From Camelus dromedarius (taxonomy: Eukaryota), in NCBI RefSeq assembly GCF_036321535.1, contig NC_087436.1, positions 27,344,001 to 27,408,000 on the forward strand: a DNA stretch of 64,000 nt. Reading direction: 5' to 3'. The notes beneath the pieces are model-generated. The model was not told where the DNA came from. It saw only the letters and a list, made by a program, of their open reading frames with translations, and made no database searches. Below are positions 51,640-64,000 of this stretch, one piece after another (positions within the stretch are counted from its first letter, which is position 1; every line of letters starts with the position of its first letter). A program made the position numbers and the translations under genes.

Positions 51640-52090
51640 TGTTCTAAAGATCTATTTACTGTATCAACAACCCTAAAGCTTAGTGACTTAAAACAGTAAA
51701 CATTCAAGTTATTTTCTCACCATTTGAGAACGAGGAATTCATTTAACAGCTGGCACGGTGGCTGTCTGGGGCTTCATTGAGATGATGATAACTGATGGGG
51801 TTGGAACACCTGAGAAGGCTATTCACTCACATGTGTGATGCCTCCGTGATACCACACTTGGTCTCTCTCTCCAAGGCAGCCTGGACTTCTTACATTCCAG
51901 CAGAACACTTGAAGAGGCAAGAGGTGGTAACATCAGCCCTTATGTAGGCTGAGTTTAAATCTGACACAGCATCACTTGCCCTCTTGGTCAAAAGTGATGG
52001 CATAGATTCCACTTAGAAGAACTAGCATTTGTGCACAGGGAAGGGATTGACAGCAGCCTAATTTGACAGATGCACTCATGTATACTACTA
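51640..52090 (-). mobile_element. MLT1G/H-like LTR inserted in old L1-like sequence
   Basis: 'aagcttagtgacttaaaaca...ttcactcacatgt...ggacttcttacat...acacagcatcactt...ttggtcaaa'. Confidence 0.75.
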
Positions 52091-54109
52091 ACCTCCAGTC
52101 ACATTTTCCTTCAAAATTTCTAGGCCTTACATATTATTTCATTATATGTTGTTAAGAATGTTTAAGTCAAGCTGAAACCCTTGCATCACCATGTCTCTCT
52201 CACACATACATTTCTATTTATTTCCTTTTTTTAGTATATGTATTTGACACAATTAGTCTTTGGTCCTTAAATATTAGTAGGTTAATTAGTGTACCTAGTT
52301 CCATTTATTCTGGAACTCAGAGTAATACTGTCTGCAAATTTATTGTTTCCTTATACACTGGAAATTCTCCCGCATTATAGCTTTGAATAGAGCTCTATTC
52401 CATTTGTTGATTCCCTAACCCAGGACACCAACTATGTTTATGTTGGATGTTATCTAAAAGTTATCTAAACTTTTTTGTCTTTTTCATACATGTGTTATTA
52501 TCATCTTAATCTTTTTCTGTATGGCTCAATTGTAGTGGTGGTTTTGATTTATTCAATAATTGCACAATCATGCTGTTTTGGTCCTCTGTTCTGTTTGCGG
52601 TCCTCCCTCCTTATCTCATTCTGCTGTTTTATCTACTCTAATTGCTCTTCATATTAAGACAATGGTCTAATGAAGTCACTTTTTGTATCATGCAATGATT
52701 TGGAATTATTTTCTCTATATTGAGGTATGTTTTTGTCTCATTTTCATTCCTCATGTATTATGAGCAGGGGAGGTTACTTTGTTCTTGTCGAGTGCGTGCA
52801 TCATTGCCAAGCTGTTTATTTTCATCTTGCTCCGGTTTAACTCTTTCCTTAAATATCTGAGAACATCCTCATTTCACCCCCAAGTTGTAATTTAAGAACA
52901 GTATATTCCCATTCTACCAATTTTCTGTTGCAGAAGGAATGACAGAGGAGAAAAATTGGAGAAAGTAAAGCACTCTATTCCTTACTTCTGCTCCCTCTTC
53001 TGAGATTTTGTTATAGCTTTTGTACAAATATTCATGCTAATTATTTGGTAGATGGGTGAATAATTTTTTGTGGCGATACCCTTGGGGTTAAAGTCATATT
53101 ATCATCATATTCTATAACTGGAATCACCTTCATTGTCCACATTCTTAGTTTTTCTATTTCACTTGTTTCTCTCTAGAGTTTTTTTTTTCCCCTACTTTTC
53201 CTATGAGAAGAGAGAAAAAAAAAAAAAAACACATAGCTACTTAGATTTTAGATTTACCATTTTGGAGGGATAGGTGAGAATTCTGAGTATTAACTTGACT
53301 TACTAAAATAGGCTCTACTGTATGGAAATAAACTAGAGCTGTCCTCCTCTTCTGTATTCTTAGCTTTGTAATCTTCTCTGTCTTTACTTATTAAACTGGA
53401 ATGATCTTCTTTCTTGTATAGTTGCTATTCATTAGCTATTAAGGAAAGAGGAAGGAAATCCCATAGAAAGTTTTAATTCACTATTTTAATCTAAAAATAT
53501 TACTCCACATTTTAGCTGAATAACTCTGAACCACTTTTCTGAAATCACGCTAGTATTACATCAGATCCCACCCAGCCTGGATTGTGTAGCCCTTTTAGTT
53601 TCCCACAGTACCACCCACCACCGAGTTCTGATTTGTTTCTCTGTCTGTCTTTCACGGTGTTCACGGAGAATACTGCAGGGCTTACGTCCTTTGTGTCTTT
53701 TATTGCCAGCGCCTACTATGTAATTAGAATTTAGACTATGTTAGTTTCTCTCTGTCTCTCTCTCTTTCTCTTTTTATTTCTCAATCTTTCTACTGCCACC
53801 TCCCTAGCTGTCCAGGAGAGAAACAGCATGGTGACACCATGGTAGTGTTCAAGTCTGTCCCACAACTGCCTCTGAGGCTTTTCCTTGGAAATAAATCATG
53901 CACCTTAGATTTTTGTTTTCCAAAGGTGATTAAAATTTCTGTTACAGAATTAGTTACAATGAGTTGCAGAATTAGTTGCAATGAGTTTCCATATAACTAA
54001 TAAAATTTCCTCACAAAAAGCCCTGAGACAGACCTTTTTGTACCAAATTTGGGGTTTACAAAATATACACAAATTTCAAATACAGTTTACTTTTGAGCTG
54101 GGGTCCAAC

Positions 54110-54112
54110 TAT

Positions 54113-54149
<37 letters not shown>

Positions 54150-54151
54150 TA

Positions 54152-54214
<63 letters not shown>
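54110..54214. repeat. Compound (CA)n/(TG)n/(AT)24 tract
   Basis: Visible directly; purines and pyrimidines alternate strictly. Confidence 0.97.
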
Positions 54215-54215
<1 letters not shown>

Positions 54216-55094
54216 TTTTTCCTGAACAAAGAATGTAAACTGAGGAGTCTCCACAAAGTAAGCTCCAAGGCATTCCTAGGGATTATAGTGGAAATCACCC
54301 ATTACTATGGTTTTTGTTGCTGACCCAGCCCCTAATGCAAATGCCCAGGTGGTAGCAAACAGAAAGAAAGAGGTAACGGGTAACACCAACCTCTCTGTTT
54401 TTTTTATATTGGATTCTAAATTTTATATCTGGGTACCAGTCCTGATATAAATCATGCCTCTGTTGATTTTTTTAGCGACTACGATAGGCTTCTTTTTTTG
54501 GCATCTCACTCTCAATCCTGGCTAGACTCTCCTTCACAATGTGAAAATCACTCTTGATTTTTTACTCTCTCTACCTATCACATATCTCTGGGCAGAAAAC
54601 ATCTAGCAGCAGCTGCAGCTGTTTCCAACCAGAACAGTTGCACATTTATGAGGAGAGAGGTTGCTTTCAAACACATGAAAATGCAGCAGTTAGATATAAT
54701 CTTTGCTCGGCTGACTGGGAAAAAAAGGCAAAAAGCTTTTTGCACAATTTTAAAGCTTTGGCTATAATTATGCACATATAAGATGTCAGACAAAATCACC
54801 CTTGTAAGTAACAATAAATGAGTCTGAATCATTTTATTAACCTTTTTGTTCTTTTGCCATTTATTGGAAAAGTGACCTTTCCAAAGCTGGTTAATTCATT
54901 TAAGTTATTATAAATTTGAACAATACTTAGGAAAGAGAGACACTTTATTACTATAAGATTATCCTGTTAACAATCAAAGCAATTCTCTCAGGAGAAATTG
55001 TGTATGGATAAATGCTGTAACTGACAGTCTTATTACCTAATTCTGTTATACTAGCCATCGGTGCTTACATATTCTAGGATCCTTATATCATAGT

Positions 55095-55305
55095 CTCACA
55101 AAATCACAAAATCAGAACTGAACTTAGAGATAATCTAATTGAAATGCCTTATTCTATAATTAAAAGAATTGATATCCAAATAATTAGCCAGATCAAGTGA
55201 TTTGGTCTTACAAGATCACAAAGCTGCTTAATGATGTGTTAAGACTAGAACATGAGTTATCCAATTCACCACTCAGTTTTCTCCCCACTAAGTCACATCG
55301 CCTTC
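55095..55305 (-). mobile_element. MIR (older subfamily)
   Basis: 'acttagagataatcta...aagtgattt...caagatcacaaagct...gactagaac'. Confidence 0.65.
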
Positions 55306-55334
55306 CTAAAGGCTAGATAATGTTTTATTCCTAT

Positions 55335-55450
55335 AGAATAATGGTAAAGAACACAGACTCTGGCCTCCTACTGGCTGGGTGACTTTGGTGGAGTTAACCA
55401 TCCTGTGACTCCATTGCCTCATTAGAGAAGGGGACAAAAATCAAACCGTC
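55335..55450 (+). mobile_element. MIR fragment
   Basis: 'atggtaaagaacacagactctgg...ctactggctgggtgactttgg'. Confidence 0.65.
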
Positions 55451-56724
55451 TATCTTTTAACTTAAAAAATAAGAAAAATCAATTGTAGTGACTGTATTTT
55501 ACTGTGCTTTCATGAAACTTCTCCATGTATCTCGAGATATATCAACTCGTTACCTTCACAGAGAGCCATGCCTTTATTTCACAATTAAAATATCAGTTAA
55601 ATAATGAAAGCACCCTCATTTTCTTGTCATAAGACCTGCAAAGTTATATCATCCAGAAATAATTTTATTTCTCCTGTTCCTTCTCTTACTTTTAAATGTA
55701 GCATATTAGTTGTACTTTGAAGTTTAGCATTTTCTTTTGTGGGAGTGTGTGGGGGAGGAGGTGCTTTAACAAACTGAGTTTTCCCCTGTTTTCTCTACTG
55801 GCATTTAATCCTCTGTGTTAGGATCTTTCCAAAATAATTAAAACTTCTTTCAAAAATCAAACAAACAAAAAACCCTAAGTGATGCCAAATACCATATTTC
55901 AGCTATGGGCTGTTACTGTCTTTCTCAGAGCCAATTGTTTCCGTTGTTTCTTTGTCTATTTTATCGTATTCCATTCATGCTCCAAGTGAGGAAACTTGGA
56001 GTGGGCCTCAGTCCCCCTGCTGTAACTCTTACTGCCTTGTTGTTTAGTGCAGTGCTCAGTCTATGCATGGTCTCTAAGCAGCATTTGGCATAGTTAACCA
56101 CTAAGTCTTTTCCATTATTTCTCTCCTGTTTTAGGGTGTATTTTTATTTGTTTGTTTGCTTGTTTTCATACCCGCCTAGTCAGAACATCTGAATCTCCCC
56201 TTTATGGTGCTCTTCCTACCTTCATCCATTTGATTGTCATAGTTTTCAGGATTTCTCTCCTATAGGCGTCTCTCTTTCCACTCAACATACTCTTCTTGGG
56301 AAATATTATCTCCTCCCGTTATTTTAATTACCAGTTCTTTCCCATGATCTTTATCATGCCCTGATATTATTTCCAAGCATCTAAACTGAGTACCTATGAG
56401 ATGTTGCCTTCAGTATCCCTCACTGTTCGGTGAATTTTGGACAATTTTCAGGGAGGTTCCCTTTTCCTTGCTAACCTCTTAATAATGTATTTTAATAAGT
56501 CACAGCATGATCAGATCTTTTAAAGATAGACAGATAACTGTCAGAAACAATTTTCAACAAAGTTCTTTTGTTTCTTCTCAAAATTAAAGTAAGTAAAATC
56601 ATGTTACTAACATTGGTTATTTAGAACATTTTTGATGAGGCCAATCTTCCTTAACAGGAACAAAATTCACAGTAAGCTGGAAAGAGTCCTCCACTCAAGT
56701 TCTGGAGGGTCAGACCAAAATATT

Positions 56725-57253
56725 TCTGCATGCCCCAACCTTCATAGCAGCGCTATTTACAATAACCAAAACATGGGAGCAACCTAAATGCCTGTCAACA
56801 GATGAATGGATAAAGAAGATGTGATATATATATATTCACACACACAGTGGAATACTACTCAGCCATAAAAAGAATGAAATAATAATATTTAAAGCAACAT
56901 GGATGGACCTAGAGATTATCATACTAAGTGAAGTAAGTCAGATATCATGTAACATCACTTATATGTGGAATCTAAAAAAAAATGTTACAAATGAATTTAT
57001 TTACAAAACAGAAATAGACCCACAGACATAGAAAACAAATTTATAGTTACCAAAGTGGAAGGTGGGGTAGGAATAAATTAAAAGTCTGAAATTAACAGAT
57101 ATAAACTACTGTACATAAAATAAATAAACAACAAGGACCTACTGTATAGTACAGGGAACTATATTTAATATCTTTTATATATATATAACTGAATCATTTG
57201 CTGTACATTGACACTAATACAGCATCATAAATCAACTGTACATGAATAAAAAA
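56725..57253 (+). mobile_element. Artiodactyl-type L1 3' end
   Basis: 'ttcatagcagcgctatttacaata...gatgaatggataaagaagatgt...caacaaggacctactgtatagtacagggaactatat...aaatcaactgtac'. Confidence 0.92.
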
Positions 57254-57669
57254 CAGTCAGTATTATGAACACAACCAAGTCACTGCTTCTAATTTTGAGG
57301 TAATTCATTTCCTCTTTTATACTTAAAACACTTATAATGATGACATAAAATTACTACTTTTCTCCTCTCATTAAGATACTAAGAGGAATTGTTTATATTT
57401 TTTAAACAGATGTAGTCCAAAGTAATAACAATGAAAAATGTTATGGCATAATATAGACATATTAAGATTCAAGACAATCTCATTATTTTATTTTATTTTT
57501 AAATTTTATCTAGATTGTTATTTACCTTTTAGTGTGCTGTAACCCTAACCTCCTGGTAACAGTTTACTAAGCCAGTAGGCTCTCAGATGAATAAAGTATT
57601 TTACCCTGGCAACCTTTATCTACTGAAAGGTTACTATGAAGGCCTCATTCCACCTTTTAGGATTATTAG

Positions 57670-58330
57670 GTCACAAACTGAACCCATGATCTCCTCTCAC
57701 TCCTCAATCAGATCCTTCTCGAGTCTCATGCAATAGCACAAAAATCTGTAGAATACCAGGGTATTCTAGCAATAAACCCAGGTGCTATTCCAGAGTCTTT
57801 CATTTCCTTTGTCTCTTATTCAATCATCCACTGATTCAGTCAAGTTTATTTTCTATTTATCTCTACATGTTGTTTGTTATATCTTCATCCACCATAAGTT
57901 AGGCCTTACTTAGATAATTGTTAAAAGGTTCCTTAGGTGGTCTCTCAAGTTCACTGCAGCACACACAACCTCAACAAACACTGAAATGTTTTTCTGCAAC
58001 ACTTTGATTATATACCTCACCTCTTTCAGATGCTTAAAAAACTTTTATTATGGTGCAGAATAATTCCCTAAGCAGATGTTAAAATGCCTTTCAGAAGCTC
58101 ATCCTTGTGTGCTGTAAAGCTACATTTCTAAATAGTGCACTTCCTCTTCTTTACTCTCCTGTCATAGTTCTAGATCATAATTGCCTTTGAACTAGAACTT
58201 ATATCCCTTCTCCACTCCAATGGTTGCTATAAACTGAAAAGGCAGACACCTAACTCATTCATCATTATATAACCCACAAAAATATTGCTTTAAAATAGTA
58301 GATTCTCAGTAAGTACTATTTAAATAAATT
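57670..58330 (+). mobile_element. L2 fragment
   Basis: Pyrimidine-rich 'aaactgaaccc...aaacccaggtgct...ttcaatcatcc...gcagacacct...tagtagattctcagtaagt'. Confidence 0.55.
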
Positions 58331-58954
58331 GATACCTTTAAGTGTAGTAATACAACTTCGAGTTTAAAGTTGACTTATTAGAAAATCTGTGAAAAAAAAA
58401 AAGTAGCAACAGTGGTTGAAAACAGTATTATAGAATGAACCACCTATGTGCTGTGATATGCTCATGTTATAACACTGATATTAGATCCTAAGCAGGATGG
58501 GAGGAGGGATCATATGTCTTAGGATTGTCAAAGGATACTGAACAAAATGATACTGGACCTATCCTAAAGACTTAATGTTGTATCTAAAACTTTGTCTTAT
58601 ATTAGATCTAATCTCTATACATTGTTCACAAACAAGAAAATCATCAAGCTAAATGAAGTAATCACAAAGATCTGAAATCTATGATCATAGCATATTCAGT
58701 TGAGAAAGAAGAAATCATTCGAAATTATAGCATAAACGTGGGCAGGAAATAAATTCTACAAACACAAAAAGAAATAAAATTTTAGCAGAGAAACAAATTT
58801 TAAAGAATAAAATGAAAGTGCTTGACTTTCATATGATGACATTCTTATATAAAATCTACATTTTTCTGGAGGCTGAGTGCCAATAAAAATACTTTGTTTA
58901 CTAACAAAGAGACTGTGAGAAAAATAACTGATTTACCTAAATAAACTATTATTC

Positions 58955-61170
58955 TTTATTGTGGTTTAAAAAAAAATACCATGTCTATTTTCTCAACCAA
59001 TCTTTGAATTTACATTAGAGTATTGTTAATTATAAGCACAATTTTGTACTACACAACTCTTCTTCTTCTTGCATGACTGAAACTTTGTACACATTGAGCA
59101 GCAACTCCCCATTTCACACTCCTCCAGCACCTGGTAACCACCATTTTACTTTCTGCTTCTATGATTTTGACTGTTTAGATACCTCATCAAAATGGAATCA
59201 TTCAGTGTTTTTCCTTCTGTGACTAGGTTATTTCACTTAGCATAATGTCCTCCAGGTTCACCATATTGCAGCATATGATAGAATTTCCTTCATTTTTATA
59301 GCTAAATAATATTCCGTTGCATGTATACAACATGGTTTCTTTATCCATTCATCTGTTGATGATCATTTATGTTGTTTTTACTTTTTAGATATTGTAAATA
59401 TTGCTGCAATAAAAATGGGCATGTGTATATCTCTTTGACATCCTGATTTCAATTTCTTTTGGATAAATACCAGAAGTGAGATTACTGGATCATGTGGTAG
59501 TTCTATTTCAAATTTTTGGGAAACCTCCATACAGTTCTCTGCACCATTGTACATTCCCATCAACAGTGCACAATGTTTCCAGTTTCTACAGGCTCTCAAC
59601 AGCACTTGTCATTTTCTGTTTTTCCAGTAATAGCCATCCTAACAGGTGTGAAGGGATATCTCCTTGTGGTTTAGATTTGCTCTTCCCAGATAATTAGTGA
59701 TGCTGAGCACTTTTTCATGTACCTGTTGCCCATCTGTATGTCTTCTTTGGGGAAATACCTATTCAAGTGTTTTGCTCATATTTTAATTGGTTACAGTTTA
59801 AATGGTTATGTTCATCCCTTCTCTCTCTGGTAAATGTTTTTGTGGACTATTTTTTTCTATTGTTTAACTTTCAGCCTATATATGTCCTTATATCTGAAAT
59901 ATGTCTCCTGTAGAGAATATGGAGTTGGATCTTGTTTTTTTTATCCATTCAGCCACTCTGTGTCTTTTGATTGGTGAGTTTATTTCATTTGCATTCAAAG
60001 TAATTACCGATAGGGATGAACTTGCTATTGCCATTTTGTTCACTGTTTTCTGTCCTGTAGTTCTTTTGTCCCTCATTTCCTTTCTCGGATTTCTTGGTGT
60101 TTTGTTAGTTTATTGTTTTTTTTTTTTTAATGTATAGTGATATGTTTTGATTCTTTTCTCATTTTCTTTTGTGTCTACTTTATGGTTACTGTGGGGTTTA
60201 CATAAATCATTTTATAGTTAAAACAACCTATTTTAAGATAATAACTTATGTTCAATATCATACTAAAACACTACTCTCTTACTTCTCCCTCTCTACACTT
60301 TGTTATCAATATCACAAATTACATCTTTTTATATTGTGTATTCATTAACATAGTATAATTATAGTTTTGTTTACTTTTGTCTTTTAATTTGTATAGCAGT
60401 AGTAAAAGTGATTTATGCACTACCATTAGAGTATTCTATATTTGTCTGTGTATTTGCTTTTTAGTTTTTCTTTGAGCTTTATACTTTCAAATACTTTCAT
60501 GTTGCTATTTAGCATCATTTTCTTTCATGTTGGATGACTTTCTTTAGCCCTTCTGGTAAGGCAGGTCTAGTGGTGATAAACTCCCTCAACTTATGTATAT
60601 CTGAAAAGTCGTTATCTCTCCTTCATTTTTGAAGGACAATTTTGCTAGATAAAGTATTCTTGCTTGGCATTTTTTTTTTTCTTTCAGCCATTTGAATATA
60701 TCATCCTACTCCCTTCTGGCCTGGTAGCTTTTGCTGAGAAATTTGCTGAAAATCTTATGGGCTGTCTTTGTTTGAGCTGCTGTAACAGAACAGTATAAGT
60801 TGGGTGGATTATAAACAATAAAAATTTATTTCTCACAGTTAGAAGGTTGAGAAGTCCAAGGTAAAGGCAGGAAAAATGAAAGGTGTCTCTGGGGTTTGTT
60901 TTATAAGGGCTTTAATCCCATTTACCTTCATGACCTAGTCACCTCCCAAAGGACCCACCTCCCAGTACTATTCCTTTGGGAATTCGGATTTCAGCATATG
61001 AATTTTAGGTTGATGCAAACATTTAATCTATAGCATGGGGGTTCCCTGGTATGTCAGAGTTGCTTTTCGCTTACTGTTTTTAAAATTCTTTGTCTTTGAC
61101 TTTTGACAATTTGCATACAATGTCTATTGGTGTGGATTTCATTAGTCTCACCATATATTGACATCATTAG
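58955..61170 (-). mobile_element. L1MA/MB element with a large internal ORF2 deletion
   Basis: 3'UTR and ORF2 C-terminus at 58955-about 59790; ORF2 endonuclease N-terminus (ITLNANEINSPIKRHRVAEWIKK, ORF 59888..60076); ORF1 3' part to about 61170. Confidence 0.9.
60763..61035 (-). mobile_element. MLT1A-like LTR nested in the L1
   Basis: TG...CA ends, 5-bp TSD tgggc/tgggg, 'aatttatttctcacagtt...gaagtccaag...cacctcccaaagg...catatgaatttt'. Confidence 0.9.
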
Positions 61171-62811
61171 ACAATTATCAATTCATTTCCTTTTGGTGAT
61201 TGGTTTTGTTTATTTTATTATTTATTTTATAAATAGTGTTTCAAATGGCCAGGACAAATGATGCACCTCAGACATACTTTGTCTCAATTTTGTTTATGAT
61301 TTTCTAAGATTATCCTAAAAATCATCATATAACCTATACAGACATTGAGAAGTTAGTTGCTCTTTATTCTTCAAATAAGTTTATTTCCCTGGAGCTATGA
61401 CAGTGACAATGTTCTATCTGTACTATGATATTTTTGTTTCATGTGCTCGCACTCAGAAAGGTTTTATTTTCAATTTTCTTTGCATTTACATCAGAGGCCA
61501 TTTGGTTGACCTATATCAATAAAAGGTGAACAAAGTTGTGTTAAGCAACTTCCAGGCTTTGCCCTTTAAATATCCTGTGTGATACTCCAATCCATTCCTC
61601 TTCTTTTTGAGACTACCTTGATAATAAAATACACCAAGTGGTGCAACACTGAGATGGAAGCTGCCCTGGTCTCAGGTTGAAGGAAAGCAGTCCAGAAGAT
61701 CTTATGGTGTTGAGCCATCATTACCTCATTATTTATGTGACATCACACATGTTGTATGTTTTCCTGATTAATTCAGGAAATGAACTGATGAGAAATTTTC
61801 ATAGGACACTGTGTCAGAGTTATAAAAGTTGATGTTTTGGGAAAATATTTTATTCTCAGTGCTTCTTATTCAGGGAATTCAAATTTCCTGACTTGGGAAT
61901 GTCTAAGAAAGGTTAATGGGAGTGGATAGTCTCTGATGTTAAAAAACAAATTAATTAGCAATCTGTTGACAAAGAGATGCTACATTCTCTTTGGAATTTT
62001 GCCTTCTGGAATAGCAAGATCAGCTTTAATAGACAACACTTCATTTTGGAATGGCAACAAGTTTATTTAAAATCTGTCCTAGAAAACATGGAGAAATATT
62101 ATATTTTCCAATATTAGAAGCCTTTATTCATTTTTCTTTTACAAAAAGGAGTTATTAATGCTGACCTCATTAGCCCAAAAAGGAACATTAATTAAAAACA
62201 TTTGGATGTTTAACAGTGACAAAATCCAAGGTGTTGTTCATGAAAAAAACACTTAGAATTATTAAAATTTTATTTTAATAACAATGTATCTTTCCCTAAA
62301 ATTAACAATTTATCTTAATGATTATTAATATAAAAACACAATCACAATATAACCATCTGCAAATGACTAGCATTTTAAACATAAAATATAGTGAAGCATG
62401 AATGGATTTTATAATCCTTTTTTCAGAGGAGAAAAAAATGAATAACATAGTAAAATTTTGTCTTTTTCTGCCTCCTAAGAAAGCTACAATTCAAACATCA
62501 CTGTTATAATATAAAGTAGCACTTTCTAAGGTATAAAAATAAGAAACTACCACGTTCTTATCAAAGTCTTAATGTTTGTTACAGAATGACAATGCTTCTG
62601 TAACCTCAGAAAAGGGGACAAGCTGCCTGAAAAATATAGGTTACTATCACCCTCCATTCTTCCCCTTATTCTACATTCCGGACTAGTGGCTGGGTCACAG
62701 AGTTACCAGTTTCCATGTTTTAGGGATTCTGTGATACTAAGGAAGGCAGGGGAAAATGAAGCCAAATTAAGTCAAAGCAAAATGACAGAAGCTTATTTCC
62801 ACAAAACCTTT

Positions 62812-63048
62812 CTTTTCTTTTTTCAGTTTTAATATATTTTTATTGAAGTACAGTCAGTTTACAGTATTGTGTCAATTTCTGATGTACAGCACAATACTTC
62901 AGTCACATAGGAACATACATATGTTCATTCCCATATTATTCTTCACCAAAGGTTACTACAAGATATTGAATATGGTTCCCTGTGCTATGCAGTATAAACT
63001 TGTGGTTTATCTATTTTATATAGAGTAGTTAGTATCTGCAAATCTCGA
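62812..63048 (-). mobile_element. Lineage-specific L1 3' end, 5'-truncated
   Basis: Same 3'UTR type as 35732-35980, in reverse: 'ttgaagtacagtcagtttaca...ggttactacaagatattgaatatggttccctgtgc...tgcaaatctcgaa'. Confidence 0.9.
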
Positions 63049-64000
63049 AAACTAAAGTTTTCTATAATGAGAGATTCCGCCCTGTGGCTTAAAGCACAGT
63101 GCCAAGCCTTTCCTGGAGCACTGTGTGTACTCTTGTAACCTGCTGACAAGTGGTAAAAAGAAATGATCACAATGCAGTGTGAGAAATTCTATAATAAAGT
63201 GTATACAAAATCTGATTAAGGAATGAACAATAACAGTTAAGTATACCCAGGCCATAGATCTTGTACCTAAGATCTAATTATGCAAATTCAATCTATTGCT
63301 CATAAAGGAATAAAAATGATGAATGTGGTTCTACCGGATAACTCCTCAAATTAGTTTCTTCCTGCCAGTTGTTTGTTTCTAATTGATTTAGTTAATTCTT
63401 ACTTAGTCATAAAATATTCAAATTGATAAAATAAAATACAGGATGTATCTGTCATCTATCTATTTATCACTTGGCAGGCGTTACTTACTTTTTCAAAATA
63501 TCAAGGTTATTTTTTATTGTAACCCTCTCAATCAAGGTGTTATCCGTTCCCTCCAAGCCATTGTCATGTATAAACTTACTAAAAATACAGTATCGTATCA
63601 TGGGATTCACTGATTGAAATGTTTAGAGCACTAGGCCTAGAGCCAAATTCTTAGAACATATTCTCATTTGCCCTGCATGTTTTATTTTGAACCAGGGATT
63701 ATAACTGAAATGACTTTTACCTTCTTTTGGACACCACACAACAGAAACATGATGGGGTTGCATTTTTATTAATGAGTGAGCATGTGTATGATAGGTCTAG
63801 TCTTTTCTGATCATGGTTCCTTCTAAAACAAAATTATCAGCTACTCTCAGTGTATCACATTATCAAATTATGAAAAAATATTAGATGGACTTTATTCTTT
63901 TCTTAGTACCTAGATAGCACTGGCTAATGGATATTCCAGAAATTGACTATAAATGCTCAAGAAACTAGCTGCAATTGCCTTTTCTTGGTTTAGATCAGAC

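Noticed and set aside
53981..54323. ORFs with THTH/YIYI repeats
   Set aside because: Translations of the microsatellite
59378..60076. ORFs resembling real protein
   Set aside because: Decayed L1 ORF2 fragments, not host genes
1..64000. CRISPR array, operon or other prokaryote-type system
   Set aside because: Sequence is mammalian with eutherian repeats throughout; no repeat-spacer array or gene-dense segment is present

Overview
AT-rich mammalian (eutherian) genomic DNA, very probably camelid: it carries two copies of the tRNA-Ala-derived vic-1-type SINE and L1 3' ends of artiodactyl/camelid type. It reads as one or more very long introns, or intergenic DNA. Much of it is decayed transposable elements: L1 fragments of several ages, L2, MIR, MaLR (MLT1) and ERV1 solo LTRs, and hAT/Tigger MITEs. 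No complete protein-coding gene, RNA gene, CRISPR array or prokaryotic system is visible, and nearly all ORFs in the track are chance or TE-derived. The best sign of a host gene is a 91-nt + strand candidate exon at 7888-7978 with good splice sites; I cannot name the gene. The most intriguing observation is at about 23360-24815 (- strand). Once a Tigger2-type MITE and an LTR are removed, degenerate motifs line up in the order of a piggyBac-family transposase core; this is unverified. Other observations are a twin-primed (5'-inverted) L1 insertion, several perfect palindromes, a hairpin cluster and weak micro-exon or cryptic-exon candidates. Repeat family names come from remembered consensus sequences, and most boundaries are approximate.
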